From the IMG/VR virus record IMGVR_UViG_3300032291_003671: DNA of 56,737 nucleotides. One strand, 5' to 3'. This document shows, piece after piece, positions 48,092 through 54,277 of the stretch. Each line of letters opens with the position of its first letter. The first letter of the stretch is position 1. The DNA is from an uncultured virus (IMG/VR IMGVR_UViG_3300032291_003671) (lineage: Duplodnaviria > Heunggongvirae > Uroviricota > Caudoviricetes). The notes below the pieces were generated by a model. The model saw only the letters and a program-made list of their open reading frames with translations. It was not told the DNA's origin and ran no database searches. A program made the translations under genes and the position numbers.

Positions 48092-48182
48092 ATATCTTAT
48101 TTTATTTTTATAAGATAATGATAATCTTTTGATTTTTCAAGTTATTTTAACTTATTTATATAATTAAATTACTATACTTTTT

Positions 48183-49142
48183 TTATAAACTACATGTACA
48201 TATAGGTCCTGGTGTACCATATTCTTCGGTACATGCTAGTCCTCCACCAGAAGAACCCCCCATGGCTAATGCTGAAGTTTGCTCTCCAGCTCCTGCTAAT
48301 TTTTCTCTTGTATTTATTAAATTTCCACAACTGGCCCATGATGTTCCATCGTATATTTCGGTAACATTGGTTCTAAAAATAGGTGCTCCAGCGTTACCAC
48401 CAAAAGCAACTGCCGCGTTTTGTGTTCCAGCGCCTGCTAAACCATATCTTCCAAGTGATAAAGCTCCACCTGATGCCCATGATGTACCATTATATTCTTC
48501 GGTACATGCTTTTCCTGGCGCACCACCAAAAGCAAGTCCCGCATTTTGTGTTCCTGCTCCTGCTAGTAATTGGTTTGCAGTTATTAAAGCTCCACCCGCG
48601 GTCCATGTTGAACCATTATACTCTTCGGTACATGCAAGTGCTGGATACCCACCAAAAGCAAGTCCTGCATTTTGTGTTCCCGCTCCTGCTAAATTAGGCC
48701 TTGCAGTTATTAAAGCACCACCTGCGGACCATGATGTACCATCATATTCTTCGGTACATGCTCGTATATTTCCAGGCGACCGACCACCAAAAGCAAGTCC
48801 AGAATTTTGTGTTCCTGCACCTGCTAAACTATATCTTGCAGTTGCTAAAGCACCACCTGCGGACCATGAGGTACCATTATATTCTTCGGTACAACTCCTC
48901 GTAGGAAAGACTCCACCAAAAGCAAGTCCAGAATTTTGTGTTCCTGCACCTCCTAAATTATATCTTGCAGTTGCTAACGCACCACCTGTGGCCCATGTTC
49001 CAGCAACACCTGCTGATTGGTATGAATACTGTAATCTATTTGTTGTTGTGTTATACCATAAATTTCCAGCCGTGATGGTATTCGCGGTGGCAGAAAGTAA
49101 GCTAAAACATCCTGTTACATTCGTTGATTGTAATTGTGCCAT
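48183..49142 (-). CDS. Six-bladed Kelch-like beta-propeller virion protein
   Basis: Six ~45-aa repeats W.AGGAL.TAR..LAGAGTQN.GLAFGG..CTEEY.G; N-terminal GNLWYNTTT fibre motif; TATTTATA upstream. Confidence 0.85.
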   Translation of the reverse strand: MAQLQSTNVTGCFSLLSATANTITAGNLWYNTTTNRLQYSYQSAGVAGTWATGGALATARYNLGGAGTQNSGLAFGGVFPTRSCTEEYNGTSWSAGGALATARYSLAGAGTQNSGLAFGGRSPGNIRACTEEYDGTSWSAGGALITARPNLAGAGTQNAGLAFGGYPALACTEEYNGSTWTAGGALITANQLLAGAGTQNAGLAFGGAPGKACTEEYNGTSWASGGALSLGRYGLAGAGTQNAAVAFGGNAGAPIFRTNVTEIYDGTSWASCGNLINTREKLAGAGEQTSALAMGGSSGGGLACTEEYGTPGPICTCSL

Positions 49143-49166
49143 ATTAATTAAGTTTAACTATAAATA

Positions 49167-50132
49167 TTATATAACTCGTAAAATTTCATTAATATCAAAT
49201 ATATCTTTAACATTCATATATGGACACTCATGAATGTTATTCTCAAACTGATAATCAAAAGTATATGACCCAATTAATTGATTTGCTCTTTTTGGTAGCT
49301 TTGCCTCAATGTTAGTATGAAGGTTATATCCAAATACTTTAGGTGAAGTTCCAACCCATAAAACTGTGGATTTCTTATTCAAGGCCGCAGCAGCATGTTG
49401 CAAACTTGAATCAATCAATACTCTTTTTTCAGAAGCAACCATCAAAGAAAATAATTCCATATTGGACATCTTAATATCCATTCTTTCAACACCATCCAAT
49501 GGATATCCATCAGTTCTTGTTATTTGAATAATATGATAATCATTTTGATATTTTTTCACAATTTGTTGGGCAATTTCGATAGGTATATCTCTGGTCCATG
49601 AATATGAATATTTTTGTCCATCCATAGGTCCTCCACTTGTTTGAATTACCATAATTGGCCTATCTCGTTTCCACAACCCCAATAACATTCCTTGAGGATA
49701 ATTCGGGATAATAACAGGTATTTGACTTTTATATTCCAAACCCATCAAATCACACCAATTATGTATTAAATGTTTTTTCTTTGTAATATGGTCGCTTTGA
49801 TTATATGGTTCATGTTTAGAAATTATAACATCTTTATTTTCAATATAATCTTCATAAAAATAAGGTGATTGTCCCAACTGATATACTCTATCCACATCCA
49901 TATTATTTAGATACACTTCAGGCCAAGAACTAATCATAATTAGTTTTCTATCAGGATATTTTTCTTTTATTGATTTAACTAATGAGGTTCCAGCAATATT
50001 TTTTCCCATTCCCCCTTGAATATGCCAAATAAAATATTTTTCTTTTGGAATATCATTATTTGGTTTTATATTTTCATCTAATGGTTTTGAAATGTTAAGT
50101 TGTTTTGGCTGATATGTGTAACCTTGATTCAT
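49167..50132 (-). CDS. GT9-like glycosyltransferase
   Basis: IQGGMGKNI (GxGD-like, Lys in place of Asp) and IDSSLQHAAAALNKKSTVLW. Confidence 0.7.
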   Translation of the reverse strand: MNQGYTYQPKQLNISKPLDENIKPNNDIPKEKYFIWHIQGGMGKNIAGTSLVKSIKEKYPDRKLIMISSWPEVYLNNMDVDRVYQLGQSPYFYEDYIENKDVIISKHEPYNQSDHITKKKHLIHNWCDLMGLEYKSQIPVIIPNYPQGMLLGLWKRDRPIMVIQTSGGPMDGQKYSYSWTRDIPIEIAQQIVKKYQNDYHIIQITRTDGYPLDGVERMDIKMSNMELFSLMVASEKRVLIDSSLQHAAAALNKKSTVLWVGTSPKVFGYNLHTNIEAKLPKRANQLIGSYTFDYQFENNIHECPYMNVKDIFDINEILRVI

Positions 50133-50136
50133 TATG

Positions 50137-50787
50137 TTAAAATTTTAATTCAGTTAATGAGGCTTCATCTCCTAATCCTACTGTAGGTACTACATTAAAG
50201 GCCAAACTACAACGAGTTTTATCAGTTTTATTTAATGGAACCGAATGATGTAAGTAAGATGGAAATAATAATAATAACCCTGGAGTAAATTCTACGGAAA
50301 ATTCTTTTTGGGAGTATTTTAGTTCTCTTTTATCTTTTACAAGTTTAGGTGATAAATAAGAAACATTAAAACCTCCTTCTAATTTGTGGAATTTAATTGC
50401 AGGTGTTTTATCAGTTGGTTCACCGAAATAAAATACCCCTGATATCAAACTATTTGGATGAGAATGCATGGTATGATGTTGACCAGGATGTTTATAAGAT
50501 ACCCATGATTGACCAAACCTATATGAATCATAATCATACCCCATAATTTTCCCATATTGGGTGGATAGTTCTAAAATGTATGATTTTAAATCTGTCGCTT
50601 CAGGTTCTTCCAAAATATAACTGTTCTTTGACCTCTCTCCGTAATTCGGAGAATCAATTTCTTCGGACAACATTTCTTGCTTGAATAACCACGGAGTAAT
50701 TTTGGAAAATTCCAAAGGTAATACGGTGGTAAAAACTGGTGTTGGGAATAATTCTAAAATTTCGTAATTAATTTGCATAGCGTCCAA
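50137..50787 (-). CDS. Putative 2OG-Fe(II) oxygenase (TIGR02466-like)
   Basis: LFPTPV, SW, HSHPNS.ISGVFY, FPSYLHHSV, R.SLAFN. Confidence 0.85.
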   Translation of the reverse strand: MDAMQINYEILELFPTPVFTTVLPLEFSKITPWLFKQEMLSEEIDSPNYGERSKNSYILEEPEATDLKSYILELSTQYGKIMGYDYDSYRFGQSWVSYKHPGQHHTMHSHPNSLISGVFYFGEPTDKTPAIKFHKLEGGFNVSYLSPKLVKDKRELKYSQKEFSVEFTPGLLLLFPSYLHHSVPLNKTDKTRCSLAFNVVPTVGLGDEASLTELKF

Positions 50788-51412
50788 ATATGATTTCTGA
50801 TACTGTTTCTCGGTCCCCTAAGGTTCCTTTAGTTAAAGCGTTTACTCCTAAAGCCTTTCTCACTCGGTTGGTTCTGTTTGGAGGAACTCCGTGAGTTACA
50901 TAGGATGGAAAAATTATAAAGTTATTTTGTTTTGGTGTAAAGTATATTTCTTCTTGTGAAAAAGTATGTGATTGATAATCGGATAATAACGATGGTTCAA
51001 ATGAAGACCTTCCAAATGATTTTACATCTTTGGAAAAACAAATTGCAGCATCATCAGGTTGAAAATCATAATAGAATACTCCTGCCAATAATGTATTCGG
51101 ATGTGTATGGGCTTTATGGAATTGACCAGGTTGTTTATAAGTTAACCAAGATTGAGCAAACTCTAACTCTTTATAATTATATCTCATGACGTTAGTTGCA
51201 AAATCTTGGAAACAAGACATGAAAAACTTACTCAAATCTTCACAAATTGGATTGTCAATAATATAAGAGTTTTTTGATATTTCACCATAACCACCACTCA
51301 TTGCAGGATTCATTTCTTGACTATCAAAATATTTAATTATTTCAGTAATATCTCCTTCATATGTATTAACATATAATGGAGTCGGAAACATTTGAAATAC
51401 TTGTGGTGTCAT
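50768..51412 (-). CDS. Putative 2OG-Fe(II) oxygenase (TIGR02466-like)
   Basis: MFPTPL, HTHPNT, FPSYVTHGV, R. Confidence 0.85.
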   Translation of the reverse strand: MTPQVFQMFPTPLYVNTYEGDITEIIKYFDSQEMNPAMSGGYGEISKNSYIIDNPICEDLSKFFMSCFQDFATNVMRYNYKELEFAQSWLTYKQPGQFHKAHTHPNTLLAGVFYYDFQPDDAAICFSKDVKSFGRSSFEPSLLSDYQSHTFSQEEIYFTPKQNNFIIFPSYVTHGVPPNRTNRVRKALGVNALTKGTLGDRETVSEIIFGRYAN

Positions 51413-51453
51413 ACCTTATTTTTAATTAAAACAATCCAATCATAATAAATCTA

Positions 51454-52050
51454 TTATTGGTTAGGAGATACGAAGTTAAAGGCGATAGATATTCTTTCGG
51501 ATTTAGTGTTGTTTCTATCAACAGAATGTTTCACCCATGATGGAAATAAATAAAACTTTGATTCTTCTACAGGACATGGAATTGATAATGCATTTGACAT
51601 TGTGTGTTCTCTTTCAACCTTTGAAGTTAGAAAAAACTCCGCGCTATCTCCACGATGTAATACCAAATCACCCATGTTAGGTTCAGGTACAGAAACATAA
51701 TAAGTTCCAGATAGAATACTATTTTGATGGTCGTGAGGCGTATTATAATCATGCTCACCATTTATATTTATCCACCAATTACCTAATATCAAATTTGAAG
51801 CTCCAGTATAACGTGCTGTAACATCATTAACAAAAATGGTCAAGTCATTGAATAATTGTTCTAATTCATTTGGAATCGGAATAATTAATTCTCCACTGTG
51901 CCATCCACCTTTATTAGAAATTAAAACACCTGGTTTTTCATCTCTAACTTTATAACAATAATCGGCAATTGATTTGTTGTCAATTTCTGTAACAGGACAT
52001 TCCCACACTGGAGTTGCCCACCATAATCTTTCAAAAACTTTAAATTCCAT
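51454..52050 (-). CDS. Putative 2OG-Fe(II) oxygenase (TIGR02466-like)
   Basis: SNKGGWHS, HDHQNS, FPSWVKHSV, RISIAFN. Confidence 0.88.
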   Translation of the reverse strand: MEFKVFERLWWATPVWECPVTEIDNKSIADYCYKVRDEKPGVLISNKGGWHSGELIIPIPNELEQLFNDLTIFVNDVTARYTGASNLILGNWWININGEHDYNTPHDHQNSILSGTYYVSVPEPNMGDLVLHRGDSAEFFLTSKVEREHTMSNALSIPCPVEESKFYLFPSWVKHSVDRNNTKSERISIAFNFVSPNQ

Positions 52051-52056
52051 AATTTT

Positions 52057-52695
52057 TTATTTAAATGGACGGCCTCCCGTCCAAAATACTAAACATTTTC
52101 TTTGTCCTTTAGTAATTGGTTTAACTCTGTGCATTAAAAAGGAAGGAAAAATAACCACATCACCTTTTTCTCTCGGTACTGTAACAAATCCATCTTTTCC
52201 ACCCATCCATATTTCAAATTCTCCACCATCATAATCATTAGAATCTGAAAGTTGGACAGTCATAGCAAGTTTTCTTTTATTCACTCCATAAGCGCCAACA
52301 TCCATGTGCCAATCCAAATGACCACCGTCTTCAGGATAAATAACATAATGGATAGGGTCTGTTACAATATCAATATCAAAATGAAACACCTTTTCATTAG
52401 CCTCCAATGCCATAGGAAATAATAATTCATATAACCATTGTGAATGTGATTCAGGTTTGATATATGCAATATCTCTATTGTTTGTTTTATATGAATCGGT
52501 GTCAGTACCTAATTCAGCAACACCTGTTCTTCCTTTTGAAAAAGTATAATTAGAATTAACCATTTTGTCCAATTGTTCAATCATTTGATTGTCGAAAACA
52601 TTTTTAAAATAATAAAATGTGTTCCAATTAGATGTTGGTTTAAAATCGTTATATGGTTTTAATGGATACATATTAGTTAGTTTCGGGTCTTTCAA
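52057..52695 (-). CDS. 2OG-Fe(II) oxygenase, prolyl-4-hydroxylase/PKHD-like (start may be MYPLK)
   Basis: WHMD, RKL, YDGGEF, FPSFLMHRV.P...G.R. Confidence 0.88.
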   Translation of the reverse strand: MKDPKLTNMYPLKPYNDFKPTSNWNTFYYFKNVFDNQMIEQLDKMVNSNYTFSKGRTGVAELGTDTDSYKTNNRDIAYIKPESHSQWLYELLFPMALEANEKVFHFDIDIVTDPIHYVIYPEDGGHLDWHMDVGAYGVNKRKLAMTVQLSDSNDYDGGEFEIWMGGKDGFVTVPREKGDVVIFPSFLMHRVKPITKGQRKCLVFWTGGRPFK

Positions 52696-53263
52696 GATGA
52701 TTAAACCATCCCGTTAAGATGTATTTAGTTTGTGTTGGAGAAGGTATTCCTCTATGTAAATGAGTCCAATCTGAGGGCCAAATTACTAATTTTCCTTCTT
52801 CAGGTCTTTCGAAATGATGTTGATAATAAAATTCTGTTTCTCCTCTATCTGTGACATCATTTAAATATATCATCCACACAAGAACTCGATTTGAATATTT
52901 CAAACTAGCCCTCTCACAATGATAACCAAAGAACCCTTCACTAGGCTCATATCTTTGCATATTAAATAAAGGAGACATATCAAATGGGTCCATTTTGCTC
53001 ATAGCAACTTGGTGTCGAATTATGTAATCCTCTTTACCTTGTTGTATTATAGGAACTAACTGAGATAACAAATCACCCCATATTTCGTGTTCTAAATATC
53101 CTGGATGAAATGTTAGGTCAGTTGATTTTTTTGAATCTGATGATGATTGACCATTTGGTCCATATAGAACACCAGGTTTTTTCTCATCTGAAGATTCAAA
53201 ATTTTCTATAAAAGAGTTACATAATTGAGGTGTAAGCACCTTTTTTTTAGAATATACAAACAT
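52673..53263 (-). CDS. 2OG-Fe(II) oxygenase, prolyl-4-hydroxylase-like
   Basis: YHCE, MIYLNDV..GETEF, WTHLHRG, KYILTGW. Confidence 0.88.
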   Translation of the reverse strand: MFVYSKKKVLTPQLCNSFIENFESSDEKKPGVLYGPNGQSSSDSKKSTDLTFHPGYLEHEIWGDLLSQLVPIIQQGKEDYIIRHQVAMSKMDPFDMSPLFNMQRYEPSEGFFGYHCERASLKYSNRVLVWMIYLNDVTDRGETEFYYQHHFERPEEGKLVIWPSDWTHLHRGIPSPTQTKYILTGWFNHLERPETN

Positions 53264-53268
53264 GAATT

Positions 53269-53958
53269 CTATTGTTGCGGATTTTGTCCTGCTCCTAATT
53301 GTAGTTTAGCTTCTTTAAAGTTTAGAAGTTTACCATCTTGAGCCAATCGTTCAACAGTTTGTAATGGACCAACAGCATTGATAACTTCAGAAGGTGAGGA
53401 TTGTTGTCCAAGTGATTGTACCCTATTTTGAAGTGTTAATCGTAATGATTGTACTTGATGGGTATTCACTTCTTTATCGTCAAATGAACCGTCATTTAAT
53501 TCATCTTTGATTTTGGACCATGTTTTTAATTCACGAACTCTATCATGAGCAACTTGTTCCATGTTCGCCTTGGCATATAGATTTTGGTCTAAATCAATTT
53601 CGAGTTCCATGATTTTTAGGTCGTCTCCATTATCTACCGCCTTTTGCATTTTGCGTTCGAACTTTAATCGTTCAACTGCATTTCTTCTTAAGTCGAATGA
53701 AAGTCCCATCATCGCATCAAAATGTGCGGACATCTCTCTTACTGATTGCCAATACTTTGACGCTGGAGTCGGGTGTTTGGCATCATTCAGAACCGATACC
53801 CTCATTTCAGTCTCGGTTCTGAATATTTGTTTCTTTTGCCAGTTATCTATAAGTTCATCTCTTAATATAACAATTGCTTTAGCATCTTCTTCTTTAAGAA
53901 CACTAAGAATTGGTTTAAGTTCTTCAGTAACTGCCAACATTTTTTCGTTTACTTCCAT
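53269..53958 (-). CDS. Coiled-coil protein of unknown function
   Basis: 229 aa; SVLNDAKHPTPASKYWQSVRE motif followed by heptads. Confidence 0.8.
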   Translation of the reverse strand: MEVNEKMLAVTEELKPILSVLKEEDAKAIVILRDELIDNWQKKQIFRTETEMRVSVLNDAKHPTPASKYWQSVREMSAHFDAMMGLSFDLRRNAVERLKFERKMQKAVDNGDDLKIMELEIDLDQNLYAKANMEQVAHDRVRELKTWSKIKDELNDGSFDDKEVNTHQVQSLRLTLQNRVQSLGQQSSPSEVINAVGPLQTVERLAQDGKLLNFKEAKLQLGAGQNPQQ

Positions 53959-54022
53959 AATAAATTTTAGTTTTTTTTGTTTATTAAAACATAATCAATT
54001 TATTTTGAAATTCAATATTTTT

Positions 54023-54271
54023 TTAAGGAAGTATTAAAATAACTTGCTCTCCTGCATTTGGATGTCCTTCAGGATAAACTTGTCCCGCGATTGCGGCATC
54101 AACTAATGCTTGTGCTTCAACTTTAGTTTTTGAAACTGCTCCAACTCTAGATGCCCATGTTGAATTTCCCGTAACCCATACATCACCAGGATATCCTGCT
54201 ACGTGAGCAACCTCATTTTCTTCGTGAGTTATAAATCCTTTTCCTGTGTTTGTTGCTTGATAATATGCCAT
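54023..54271 (-). CDS. Small fibre-associated protein
   Basis: 82-aa ORF directly downstream of the fibre gene. Confidence 0.7.
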   Translation of the reverse strand: MAYYQATNTGKGFITHEENEVAHVAGYPGDVWVTGNSTWASRVGAVSKTKVEAQALVDAAIAGQVYPEGHPNAGEQVILILP

Positions 54272-54277
54272 AATTTT

